Position numbers and translations under genes: made by a program. Under the pieces are notes generated by a model. It was not told the DNA's origin and searched no databases. It saw nothing but the letters and a program-made list of their open reading frames with translations. A stretch of 64,000 nucleotides of DNA from a virus, in the IMG/VR virus record IMGVR_UViG_3300025840_003125; one strand, given 5' to 3'. Positions 39,154 to 48,496 of the stretch are shown here, one piece after another. The number at the start of each line of letters is the position of its first letter. The first letter of the stretch is position 1.

Positions 39154-39868
39154 ATAATAACCTCGCTATTTCTTCATGCCCTTTTTTACTAGGGTGTTCA
39201 TCAATTTTACTTATAGTATATCCATTTATATCTAAAAATTTAAAAAAATGTAATTTTATTAAAATATTTAAATTATTAGCTTTTGAATATCCTATAAAAT
39301 TATCAATATCAATAAATTTTTCGTATTCATCTATTAATGTTCTTATGTATCTTCTAATAATTTTTTGATTTTTTAAAGGTTCATATCTAGGCAAACCTTT
39401 AAGTTGATCTGCTTCTGATCTTTTAAGTCCTGCTAACCAAGGTTCAAACAAACCAATCATTTGAAATTGTTTGTAAGGTATGTTATACCTTTTACATACA
39501 TTTTGTAAAGTTATGTAACCTAGTAATGATTCTCTTACCCAACCATAAATATCGCCAGGTCTTTTTATTCTACTATTAAACCATTTTGATATAGGCATAC
39601 CATTCTGCCAATCATCTCTATTTGATTGTGACCATGCAGCCATAACAAGACCTATCTCATCTTTAGGTGTTCTTTCTATTGTGTCTAATAAAGTTTGCAA
39701 TATATACCTGTTACCTGCACCGTTAGTTGCTAAATTAATTACTTCCATATTCAATTTCTTTCCAAGTAGTTCAGGCCATTTTGACCACGAAGTATCCATA
39801 TCAGGATACGCTGAAGAAATATATTCTTTAGCTGTATAACTACAACCACTTACTATTAATTTTTTCAT
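39137..39868 (-). CDS. SGNH/GDSL hydrolase-like protein
   Basis: GCSYT; NLA..GAGN; DEHPS..GH. Confidence 0.7.
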   Translation of the reverse strand: MKKLIVSGCSYTAKEYISSAYPDMDTSWSKWPELLGKKLNMEVINLATNGAGNRYILQTLLDTIERTPKDEIGLVMAAWSQSNRDDWQNGMPISKWFNSRIKRPGDIYGWVRESLLGYITLQNVCKRYNIPYKQFQMIGLFEPWLAGLKRSEADQLKGLPRYEPLKNQKIIRRYIRTLIDEYEKFIDIDNFIGYSKANNLNILIKLHFFKFLDINGYTISKIDEHPSKKGHEEIARLLYDRLG

Positions 39869-40700
39869 ATAATATTTCCGCTATTCTCACTTGTCCTAGT
39901 GCGTTAGGGTGTCTGTCCAATTCAGATACTCTATGTTTTTCTTTTAATAGACTTTCAATAGTGTATCCTTCTAATTTTTGATCTGTGGGCCAACCTAAAA
40001 AATTATCTTTAAACTTATATCTGCTACTTTTTAAAGTTTTTAAATAAGTCATCATCATGGTATCACGTACATATTCTATTCCATGTTTTTGCATTTCCGC
40101 AAATTGTTGAAATTTATCTAACTTTGCTTGCATGTCATTTTCATTTAAAGCTGAATAATCTATACCGTTTGTTATTTCCCAAATATGACCTCTAATTAAA
40201 CTTATCATTTGAACTTGATTGTAAAAAAGTGCTTGATCGGCAACTCTAGTTTTTTGTTGTTCCATTAAATTTTGAAACGCATATTGGTATCTTATAGTTT
40301 TATTAATCCAATATTTTATATCTCCTTTTGTATCCGTTCTAATATTATTCCAATTTGTAACATTTTTTATTATATCTCTATACTTATTGTTAGCAAAGGC
40401 TTTATCATTTCTCGTACCTGTCCAACTAGATGTTTTTTCCCAATCACGTCTTGGTGCTGATGACCATGCAGCTATAACATGACCTACTTTATTAATATCA
40501 ATTTCTGTTAAATAATCTGATAAAGAACTATAGATATATTCATTTCCCATTCCTGACTTGCAAAGATTAACTGGTTCCATATTCATTTTCTCTGCTAAAA
40601 TTTCAGGCCATTTAAGCCACGTAGTATCCATTGAGGGATGTTGCATAGAAATAAAATGAGGATCACCCCAACTACAACCACTAACTACAAGTTTCTTCAT
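39840..40700 (-). CDS. SGNH/GDSL hydrolase-like protein (paralog)
   Basis: GCSWG; NL..SGMGN; DRHPN..G. Confidence 0.7.
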   Translation of the reverse strand: MKKLVVSGCSWGDPHFISMQHPSMDTTWLKWPEILAEKMNMEPVNLCKSGMGNEYIYSSLSDYLTEIDINKVGHVIAAWSSAPRRDWEKTSSWTGTRNDKAFANNKYRDIIKNVTNWNNIRTDTKGDIKYWINKTIRYQYAFQNLMEQQKTRVADQALFYNQVQMISLIRGHIWEITNGIDYSALNENDMQAKLDKFQQFAEMQKHGIEYVRDTMMMTYLKTLKSSRYKFKDNFLGWPTDQKLEGYTIESLLKEKHRVSELDRHPNALGQVRIAEILYEKINSKWL

Positions 40701-41071
40701 ACTTTATTTTTTACTATTGATTTACCTTTTTCATCTAAATGATGTTCTATTTTTATATTATCATCTGGTCTAATTAAACAATGATACAGACAATTTTTAG
40801 GCACTTTACTATGATCGCCTGCCTCACCGTCTTTCATAATTTGTTCAAACTCTCTCCATTCATCTGACAATACTATTTCATCTATGTTTTCTGCCTCACT
40901 TACTTTACTTACTTTTAACATTTTTTGAAATAATGGTGTGCTTAATGTCCATTCTTGGTCGCACCAACAACAAGGTAATAGATGACCTCTATTACTCATA
41001 GCCATTTGCATTTTGCCGTTCATACATTGAGCAACAAATTTACCTTCTAGTTTATCTTTTTTATCTGACAT
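40697..41071 (-). CDS. Stand-alone SPASM/twitch-like Fe-S protein (paralog of 7974)
   Basis: C...GHLLPCCWCD...I..S.EW..F...C...C. Confidence 0.6.
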   Translation of the reverse strand: MSDKKDKLEGKFVAQCMNGKMQMAMSNRGHLLPCCWCDQEWTLSTPLFQKMLKVSKVSEAENIDEIVLSDEWREFEQIMKDGEAGDHSKVPKNCLYHCLIRPDDNIKIEHHLDEKGKSIVKNKV

Positions 41072-41717
41072 TAGGTCTTACGTATCCTTTATATCCTAAA
41101 TTGTATTCTTTTGATTGAGGTCTTAATGGGTCATCTTCTCCCATCCACCTTGACGAGTGTAACACTATGAACATTAAACCCTCATCTATTGCCATTTGTT
41201 TCGCCTTTTCTAAATTGTGTTCATTGTAACTAAACACTATAAACTGCCAAGATGGCGTTTGTTTTAAGTGTTTCTTTGCTTCTAACATAACTTCATATAA
41301 TTTTTTACCGTCTTGGTTAACACGATACATGTTACTTTCTTCAGGTAAACCATCTATTGCAAATATCCATTTTGCTTTAGGGTGTGCCTTAAACGCTTGT
41401 ACGTACCAACTTTTAGATTTGGCAGATGAGGCATTATGTACTGTAACTTGTATATCTTTATTATACAGGTACTCTAATATCTCAACAAACTTTGGATGAT
41501 GTACAGGATCAGATAACTGACCACAAAAATTAAATGATGAAAAATAATCAGATAACTTTCTTATCTCGTCCATTGTAGCATCCCGACCATAAACTTTTCT
41601 GCCTTCAAGTGTAAAGTTAGTTTGTCTTTGACATCTCATACACTCTAAAGGACACCTATTGCTTATGTCAATATTTATTCCTTTCTTTGATCTTCTATAA
41701 AATGCTATATCACTCAT
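41061..41717 (-). CDS. Radical SAM protein (paralog of 7219)
   Basis: CPLECMRC; FCGQLSDP; FAIDGL; WQFIVFSYNEH. Confidence 0.88.
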   Translation of the reverse strand: MSDIAFYRRSKKGINIDISNRCPLECMRCQRQTNFTLEGRKVYGRDATMDEIRKLSDYFSSFNFCGQLSDPVHHPKFVEILEYLYNKDIQVTVHNASSAKSKSWYVQAFKAHPKAKWIFAIDGLPEESNMYRVNQDGKKLYEVMLEAKKHLKQTPSWQFIVFSYNEHNLEKAKQMAIDEGLMFIVLHSSRWMGEDDPLRPQSKEYNLGYKGYVRPNVR

Positions 41718-42577
41718 CTTAAATGTTTTAGTAAATTTTCTATTTTATCTTTTTGTTCAGTTAAACATTTTGCAGGTCTTTTCCAATATACAGGTCCACC
41801 ATCTTTAATAGATTTATCTCTTAAATAAATCACTTCTTTTCCTAACCATTTACATTCTTGTATAATTCTAGGTGCAGGATCAAAGTTAGGTTTAGTGTAA
41901 ACATAAGTGTCAAATAAACCTAATAGATTTTTAACAGGTACGAATACATGATTATGTTTTTGACTTATGTACTTATCTTTGTATGCTATGATACCATGTG
42001 ACGTATAATTTTTTATATGTTTTTCTACTTCTCTATAATATGTTTTATTTGTTCCTAAGAATAGATATTTAAATTGTATGTTATCTTCTATAGGTTTGTA
42101 TATACTAAAGTTTATTATTTTTTCAAATTGTTCGCCTACACCATTTACATATACCTCATGGTCGCATAAGTCAATTACTTCTTTGGGTTCATAAAAATCT
42201 AGTGCGATAGGATATTCTTTAACATGGTTTTCTGAATATACAGATATAAGTTTATTACTAAACAAACTGTGTAATGTTAATTTTTGTTCTTCAGTATAAC
42301 TATTGTAATCAAGGTATGCAAGTGTTAACATACTTCTACCCATAATCAAAGTTACGTCATCTGACCGTGGCATATAGTCATTAAACACTATGTTTTCAAA
42401 CTTTGTATAACACTCATTTATTGCGTCAATGTAATCTTGTATTATGTGTTTTTTATTGGGTATAACAATCAGTTTGGCACTTATACCTAGGTCGTTGAGA
42501 AAACAACAATGTTCATAACTGTAATGAAACAGACCATCACCTGGTTTACTTGTACATACTATATTTACATTTTTCAT
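41714..42577 (-). CDS. Hypothetical protein, possibly a degenerate GT-B glycosyltransferase
   Basis: C-terminal DPAPRIIQEC..LGKEV resembles the GT4 E-x7-E region. Confidence 0.4.
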   Translation of the reverse strand: MKNVNIVCTSKPGDGLFHYSYEHCCFLNDLGISAKLIVIPNKKHIIQDYIDAINECYTKFENIVFNDYMPRSDDVTLIMGRSMLTLAYLDYNSYTEEQKLTLHSLFSNKLISVYSENHVKEYPIALDFYEPKEVIDLCDHEVYVNGVGEQFEKIINFSIYKPIEDNIQFKYLFLGTNKTYYREVEKHIKNYTSHGIIAYKDKYISQKHNHVFVPVKNLLGLFDTYVYTKPNFDPAPRIIQECKWLGKEVIYLRDKSIKDGGPVYWKRPAKCLTEQKDKIENLLKHLR

Positions 42578-42582
42578 AATAT

Positions 42583-42611
42583 ATTATAACATATTTATGT
42601 ATAAATATCAA
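42583..42611 (-). promoter_or_regulatory. sigma70 promoter TTGATA-N17-TATAAT (extended -10) overlapping divergent late promoters
   Basis: -35 at 42606-42611, -10 at 42583-42588; spacer contains CATAAATA (-, 42592-42599) and most of TATAAATA (+, 42600-42607). Confidence 0.75.
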
Positions 42612-42644
42612 TAGAGGGTAGAGTAGAGAATTAAGGAATGAAGC

Positions 42645-44495
42645 TTGAAAAAGGTATATTTTACTCAAATAAACAATCTAATTGCTGACGCTATCTTTTT
42701 ACCGTTAAGTGTTGCTTACATATGGGAATATTGTAAGACACAGGTAACAGATTGGGAATTAGGAGACATCTTCTTTGAAAGAGAGTCCGTAGAGGACTAT
42801 CTAAAAAAGATTGACAATCCTGACATCTTAGCATTATCAACATACGTGTGGAACTGGGACATAACTTGTCAGTTAGCAAGAGCAGTCAAAAAGAAATATC
42901 CTAATTGCAAAATAGTAATGGGTGGACCACAAGTGCCATTCAAACAAAGTTGGTTAGAAGACAATACTGACCTATGCGATATTATAGTTACATATGCAGG
43001 TGAAAGAGCATTTGCTGAAATACTAAAAGGTAACTATACGTACCCAGGCGTAATGACAAAAGACTCTTATACGCCACCTAAACCAGATAAAGAATTAAAC
43101 GACATACCAAGTCCTTATTTAAGTGGGTTGATGGATAGTCTTATGCAACCTGGTAAACAATATAGTGCTATCATAGAAACTAATAGAGGTTGTCCATATA
43201 GTTGTTCTTTCTGCGATCAACAAGATTTATATTACAATAAGATTGCCATGTTTGATTATGATAGAGTAATAGGTGAGATAGATTGGATTGTAAAAAATAA
43301 AATTGACTTCTTATACTTTGGTGATAGTAATGTAGGTATGTTCAATAGAGATGTTGACTTTATAAGACACATCGCTAAACGTAGAAATGAAACTGGTTAT
43401 CCTAGACAGATAGATTATAGTACAGCAAAACAACAACCAAAACGTATTGTTGAGTTGGGTGAAATACTTAATAAAGAAGCAAAGATAAGACGTGGTGTTA
43501 CTATTGCTTTACAAAGTATGAATCCTAAAACATTAAAAGCAATCAAAAGAATTAATCTTGCAAATGAAAAATTAGAACAAATTGTTGGCGACTATAATAA
43601 AGCAGGTGTTGATAATTATTGTGAACTAATTGTAGGTTTACCTGAAGAAACATTAGACACATGGATTGAAGGTATAGGTAAGATACTAGAATTAGGAAGT
43701 GACCATGCGTTAACAGTACACCCTTTGAGTATTGTACCTAATACTCCTTTTTCTGATCCTGAATATAAAAACAAATACGGATACAAATATACAAAGACAG
43801 CTGCACCTGCAGGTGGTAATACTTATCCTAAAGATAGTAATGGTGAGATTGATTATGTTGCATATGAAAGTAAAAGTTTTAGTAAACAAGATTATATAGA
43901 CATGTATTTTTTCGCTAAAGGTCTTGTGATACCTCATCACTATCATGGTGTTAGTCAAGTTGCAGCCACATATCTTAACCGAGAACACAATGTACCATTT
44001 ATAGATTTTTATAAAAAACTATTTGAGTATAGTAGAAATGGTAATGGCATACTAAATGAAGAATATAAAAATCACACAAACAGTTTGAAACAAAGTTTAT
44101 TTGAAGATAAGACATGGGGTAGAACTATTGAAGGTGGCGATGATTTTCATATACAAGATAATGGTGCAACAGCTTCTTTCTTATATAAAAACATAGACAA
44201 GGTACATAAAGAAGTTATAGACATATGTAAGAAAGAATATAATGTAGATGTATCAGAAGCGTGCCAGTTTAACAAGCACATTATTGACACATACGAAAGA
44301 GATGATACAGAAAAACAATTTGATAAGAATTGGTATAGTTGGTTCTACGATAACAAACCATTAGTCGCTGTTAATAATATCGTATCTGTAGCCGTTTATA
44401 AATATAAAGATATAGTAGACCACTCAAAGCATTTATTCTGGTGGGGAAGAAAAGCCAAGAGATGTTTTTTGAAATCAAAGGAGATTATGTTATGA
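42645..44495 (+). CDS. Cobalamin-binding radical SAM enzyme (class B type)
   Basis: B12 domain LPL.VAY..PDILALSTYVWN..IVMGGPQ..GE; PSPYL; ETNRGCPYSCSFC; DSNVG; LQS; ELIVGLPEET. Confidence 0.9.
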   Translation: MKKVYFTQINNLIADAIFLPLSVAYIWEYCKTQVTDWELGDIFFERESVEDYLKKIDNPDILALSTYVWNWDITCQLARAVKKKYPNCKIVMGGPQVPFKQSWLEDNTDLCDIIVTYAGERAFAEILKGNYTYPGVMTKDSYTPPKPDKELNDIPSPYLSGLMDSLMQPGKQYSAIIETNRGCPYSCSFCDQQDLYYNKIAMFDYDRVIGEIDWIVKNKIDFLYFGDSNVGMFNRDVDFIRHIAKRRNETGYPRQIDYSTAKQQPKRIVELGEILNKEAKIRRGVTIALQSMNPKTLKAIKRINLANEKLEQIVGDYNKAGVDNYCELIVGLPEETLDTWIEGIGKILELGSDHALTVHPLSIVPNTPFSDPEYKNKYGYKYTKTAAPAGGNTYPKDSNGEIDYVAYESKSFSKQDYIDMYFFAKGLVIPHHYHGVSQVAATYLNREHNVPFIDFYKKLFEYSRNGNGILNEEYKNHTNSLKQSLFEDKTWGRTIEGGDDFHIQDNGATASFLYKNIDKVHKEVIDICKKEYNVDVSEACQFNKHIIDTYERDDTEKQFDKNWYSWFYDNKPLVAVNNIVSVAVYKYKDIVDHSKHLFWWGRKAKRCFLKSKEIML

Positions 44496-45076
44496 TAAGA
44501 GTTGGCGATATAATACCAGATATAAAAACTATGCACAAAGATAGTGCAGCCACAAACTGGTATTCTACACACGAATTATTTAAAGATAAAAAGATATTAC
44601 TAATAGGATTGCCTGGCGTATTTCTTGTTGAGTATGCAGCCACACATTTAAAAGCATACGACTTCTATTACAGCAAGATAAGAGAACTAGGTATTGATGA
44701 AGTATATTTTACAAGTGTTGATAATTGTTACGTACAAAACGCATATCACAAATCAGAAAATTTATCGTACCTAAAAAACTTACCTGACCCTAATGGTGAT
44801 TGGGCCACATCTATAGGTATGTTAGAGAGTATGAGTAAAGAAGGATTAGGAAATTGTAGTCATAGATACGCTATGATTATAGACAATCTAATTATGAAAC
44901 ATTGTAAGTATGAAGACTTTACACACAACCCTATGACGTGTTTTCAAGTATCAGACGCTGATACAATGATTAAGTATTTAGAAATTATACAAACAAATTA
45001 TGAAAGGTTTAATGATGACGCCAGAGATAAGGTTGACGTCCTTGGAAGAAACAAGATCAGCACCGTATTGTCGTGA
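44492..45076 (+). CDS. Peroxiredoxin (Prx5-type) homolog lacking the peroxidatic Cys
   Basis: VGD.IP; LF..KK; PGVFLVEY in place of PGAFTPTC; GIDEVY..SV; LPD.NG; S.RYAMIID; VSDA.TM..YL. Confidence 0.8.
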   Translation: MIRVGDIIPDIKTMHKDSAATNWYSTHELFKDKKILLIGLPGVFLVEYAATHLKAYDFYYSKIRELGIDEVYFTSVDNCYVQNAYHKSENLSYLKNLPDPNGDWATSIGMLESMSKEGLGNCSHRYAMIIDNLIMKHCKYEDFTHNPMTCFQVSDADTMIKYLEIIQTNYERFNDDARDKVDVLGRNKISTVLS

Positions 45077-45656
45077 GCTAAAAACTCTTTGGTACGATAG
45101 AGAATATCTATTAAATCATTTAGAGAATATAGACGAAAACAATTGGTATCTGTTTGATTGTGGTCATATAAGATGGACTGTACAAGAGGCATTTAATGCT
45201 AGACGAGAATGTAAAAACTATCCTTTTAGTGAGTTTCATTATGAGTTGATAAATCTTTTTACACCTGCAATATCTTTTGATACTGTATTGTACACACAAA
45301 CAGCAATAGGTGGTGCACCACCACACCAAGATAGAAACAGACCTACTGCTTTAAACTTTGCAATACGAGGTGAGTTTAGTGATACAAGTCCACAAGTTTT
45401 CTATGATAGTTTTGATAGAAGTACAGAAAAGTATAGAATGACATATGAGAAAAATGATATTACAAATGAATTTGCACCTTGGATATTTAAAGGTCCTGAA
45501 ATACATGGTGTAGAAAACAAGACAGAAAAAAATAGAATTATTATAACTTGTGCTTGGCGACATAATAGTTATGAAGATATAGAAAAAAGATTACTAGATG
45601 GTACGTTAGTAAACTGGGAACAGAATGAAAAAAACAAAAGGATAAAATTTATATGA
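45012..45656 (+). CDS. 2OG-Fe(II) oxygenase-like (DSBH) protein
   Basis: HQD...ALNF...HGVEN....RII. Confidence 0.65.
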   Translation: MMTPEIRLTSLEETRSAPYCRELKTLWYDREYLLNHLENIDENNWYLFDCGHIRWTVQEAFNARRECKNYPFSEFHYELINLFTPAISFDTVLYTQTAIGGAPPHQDRNRPTALNFAIRGEFSDTSPQVFYDSFDRSTEKYRMTYEKNDITNEFAPWIFKGPEIHGVENKTEKNRIIITCAWRHNSYEDIEKRLLDGTLVNWEQNEKNKRIKFI

Positions 45657-46306
45657 GCAGTGTAGATAGAACAAACAAAGCGCTTCAAAGACTTTCTACT
45701 ATGGGTGATTGGTTGCAAATGAAACAACACATTAATACTAGACAGATAATGAAAGACCTTGAGCCATACAAAGACTCATGGAAACCTTACAATTTAAGAA
45801 ACCCAAATAACAGGTGGGGATTAAGTGTAACAAGTTTAGATGGCAAGTTAAGTGGTATACCTGATTTAGATAGTTTACTACAATACAATAAGATACATGG
45901 TACTAGTATTACAAATCATCACATAAAAGAATACACCGAAGTATATGATAACTCAAAAGAATTACAGAAACTCATTGAACCATGGAAACCTTGGTTAGGG
46001 AGATGTCACTTTCTAAAACTAAACACAGGTGGTTATTTTCCTGAACACTATGATGTAAACAAATTAGAATATGGTTATGATGAAATAAGATTTATTGCTT
46101 TCATTAACAGGTGTGATAAAAAAGATTTAAAGTTTATATACGAGGATACAGTTAGAGATGTTAAAGATGGCCAGATGTTTTTCTTTAACGCAAACAAAAG
46201 ACATTCAGTTTTTAGTACATCGGACGATATTATTATGTTAGTATTTTGTATGAAGTTTGATGAACATTTATTTGAAAGATTAATAGAACAATATAGGTAT
46301 GCGTAA
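45653..46306 (+). CDS. Asp/Asn beta-hydroxylase-like 2OG-Fe(II) oxygenase
   Basis: GGYFPEHYD; FFFNANKRHSVF. Confidence 0.7.
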   Translation: MSSVDRTNKALQRLSTMGDWLQMKQHINTRQIMKDLEPYKDSWKPYNLRNPNNRWGLSVTSLDGKLSGIPDLDSLLQYNKIHGTSITNHHIKEYTEVYDNSKELQKLIEPWKPWLGRCHFLKLNTGGYFPEHYDVNKLEYGYDEIRFIAFINRCDKKDLKFIYEDTVRDVKDGQMFFFNANKRHSVFSTSDDIIMLVFCMKFDEHLFERLIEQYRYA

Positions 46307-46839
46307 TGTGGTATCATAAAAAATTTAAATTACAATACGATAAAAACGTTTTCAATGAGATAATTGAATATGCTGAAAGAGCAACATGGAGACAAGGGTA
46401 CGATCAAAATGGTTTACTTTGGAATGTTGAAGAACTACCTTTAAACCCTAAACAGTTTCCTATACTAAATGAATTGTATGAAGGTCTAAATACAGAATTT
46501 AAAAGACCATCATTTTTTATTAGTAATGTGAAACCTGGTGGGTTAGTAAACCATATTGACCACAACAAATGGGGCAATCTAGGTATACCTTTGAAAGGTG
46601 ATTTTGAAAATACACCTCAATACTTTTACGATCAATTCAATCATCCAGTAGAGTCATTCGTAGTTGATAGTCCTGTTATATTCAATACACGTATGTTACA
46701 CGCTGTACCTAGACAGTTAACTGATACAGGACCTAGATGGGTATTGATGATGGATTTATTTGAGTGGGTTGATAAATTGTTTGCAAAGATTGACAACAAA
46801 ACTATATGGACAGACACAAAGAATTTCAAAAATGCGTAA
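46306..46839 (+). CDS. 2OG-Fe(II) oxygenase-like protein
   Basis: PGG..NHID; PVIFNT..LHAV; RWVL. Confidence 0.7.
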   Translation: MWYHKKFKLQYDKNVFNEIIEYAERATWRQGYDQNGLLWNVEELPLNPKQFPILNELYEGLNTEFKRPSFFISNVKPGGLVNHIDHNKWGNLGIPLKGDFENTPQYFYDQFNHPVESFVVDSPVIFNTRMLHAVPRQLTDTGPRWVLMMDLFEWVDKLFAKIDNKTIWTDTKNFKNA

Positions 46840-48496
46840 CTTCTATTTTCTACAGATACCTTTAGGTACAGACGCAGCCTATCTGCCACAAGCAGTAGGT
46901 ACGATCTGGTCTTATTGTAATCAGTTTGAAGAAGTACGAAAGAAATATAAACTTGCAGGTGTATGGTGGAACAAAGAGATTGATATAGTTGAACCTGATT
47001 TTATAGCTGCAAGTTGTTATATGTGGAACTGGAAAATAACATATGACGCATTGAAAGAAATAAAAAAGAAGTATCCTAAATGTAGAATAGTTGTAGGTGG
47101 ACCTGAACCACAATATACATCAGAATGGTGTAAAAAACATCCTGAAATAGACGCTGTGTTAGCATACTATGGTGAAGAAACAATGAGAAGATTACTAGTA
47201 GATGATGAACTTAACATACCAGGTGTTGTTACAAAAGACTTTAACAATGCAGCCGAGGCAGAATATGCCGACCCTAAAATGATACCTAGTCCTTATCTTA
47301 ATGGTTTCTTTGATAGTTTACTAGAAGGCAACACACAAAAAGTCAGAGCAATCTTTGAAGGCAATAGAGGTTGTCCTTATACTTGTTCTTTCTGTGACAT
47401 AGGCCATAAGAAATATACAAAGATACAAATGTTTGAAACAGAAAAATGTTTAAAAGAACTAAAATGGATGTGTGATAGAAATGTAACTGCTATAGATGTA
47501 GCAGATAGTAACTTTGGTATATTTCCTAGAGATGAAAAACTTGTAGATTTTGTAGTAGAACAAAAGAAGGCAGGTAAATTCAATGGTAGATTTATGCCTA
47601 CGTGGGCTAAGACACATGGTGAAAAGATAATGAAGTTAGCAAAGAAATTGCAAGACGCAAATGTAGATGACACTTTTGGTTTTAGTTTACAATCTACAAA
47701 TCCTGAAACTTTAGATAATGTCAATAGAAGAAATGCGTTTGATATTAAGAGTTTCAAACCTATCATAAAGAATTTAAAAGACAAAGGTGTTTCATCATAT
47801 ACAGAATTAATCTTTCCTTTGCCTGGTGATAGTTTAGAAACATTTAAGTATGGTCTACACGAAATAGTTGACATGCCTGCACCATTTGATATGATACAGA
47901 TTAATACTTTAAGTAGATTAAGTAATACAGAATTTAACACAGGTTTTCCTGAAATGATATGGCAAAATATTAAAGGTACTGCAAAGCCATATAACAATGA
48001 TGTAATAGATGAGATTGCTGTTGCAACAGATAAGATGACAAGAGATCAAGTCTTTGAAGGTTTCTTTTATAGTAGAAGTTTCTTAATACCAATGTACTGG
48101 TATGGTCTAGCAAAGTATCATGCTGATTGTTATTATGAAATTAATGGTAATAGAAGTGAATTATTTAAAGACATATATTCAAAACTATTTAAAAACAAAA
48201 CATTTATGAAACACAAACTAGATGTTAGAGAACATTATTTTAAAGCACTTAATGAGTACAAAGACATTGGATATAAGATACTTAATAAAGATATAAATTA
48301 TTATACAGATACAGCTTATTCTCACTTGTTCTATACCGAGAATAATATATTTGATGTGTTCAAAGAAATGTATCCAGAATATGATGAGATTATTGATCGC
48401 AACAAAAAAGATTTCAGACCTATTGACGATAAGATGGAATGGCTCAGAGATATACACGTTAGAGGTAGATTTAGTGAGTCTTGGAGAATAAAATGA
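46832..48496 (+). CDS. Cobalamin-binding radical SAM enzyme (second copy)
   Basis: YLP.AVG.IW; SCYMWN; IVVGGPE; GEE; PSPYL; EGNRGCPYTCSFC; DSNFG; SLQS; ELIFPLPG. Confidence 0.9.
   Translation: MRNFYFLQIPLGTDAAYLPQAVGTIWSYCNQFEEVRKKYKLAGVWWNKEIDIVEPDFIAASCYMWNWKITYDALKEIKKKYPKCRIVVGGPEPQYTSEWCKKHPEIDAVLAYYGEETMRRLLVDDELNIPGVVTKDFNNAAEAEYADPKMIPSPYLNGFFDSLLEGNTQKVRAIFEGNRGCPYTCSFCDIGHKKYTKIQMFETEKCLKELKWMCDRNVTAIDVADSNFGIFPRDEKLVDFVVEQKKAGKFNGRFMPTWAKTHGEKIMKLAKKLQDANVDDTFGFSLQSTNPETLDNVNRRNAFDIKSFKPIIKNLKDKGVSSYTELIFPLPGDSLETFKYGLHEIVDMPAPFDMIQINTLSRLSNTEFNTGFPEMIWQNIKGTAKPYNNDVIDEIAVATDKMTRDQVFEGFFYSRSFLIPMYWYGLAKYHADCYYEINGNRSELFKDIYSKLFKNKTFMKHKLDVREHYFKALNEYKDIGYKILNKDINYYTDTAYSHLFYTENNIFDVFKEMYPEYDEIIDRNKKDFRPIDDKMEWLRDIHVRGRFSESWRIK

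Noticed and set aside
40697-41717. Frameshifted or stop-recoded single rSAM-SPASM gene
   Set aside because: The paralogous pair at 7219-8297 has the reverse order, and the gene junctions show ordinary start/stop overlaps; no sign of an alternative genetic code.
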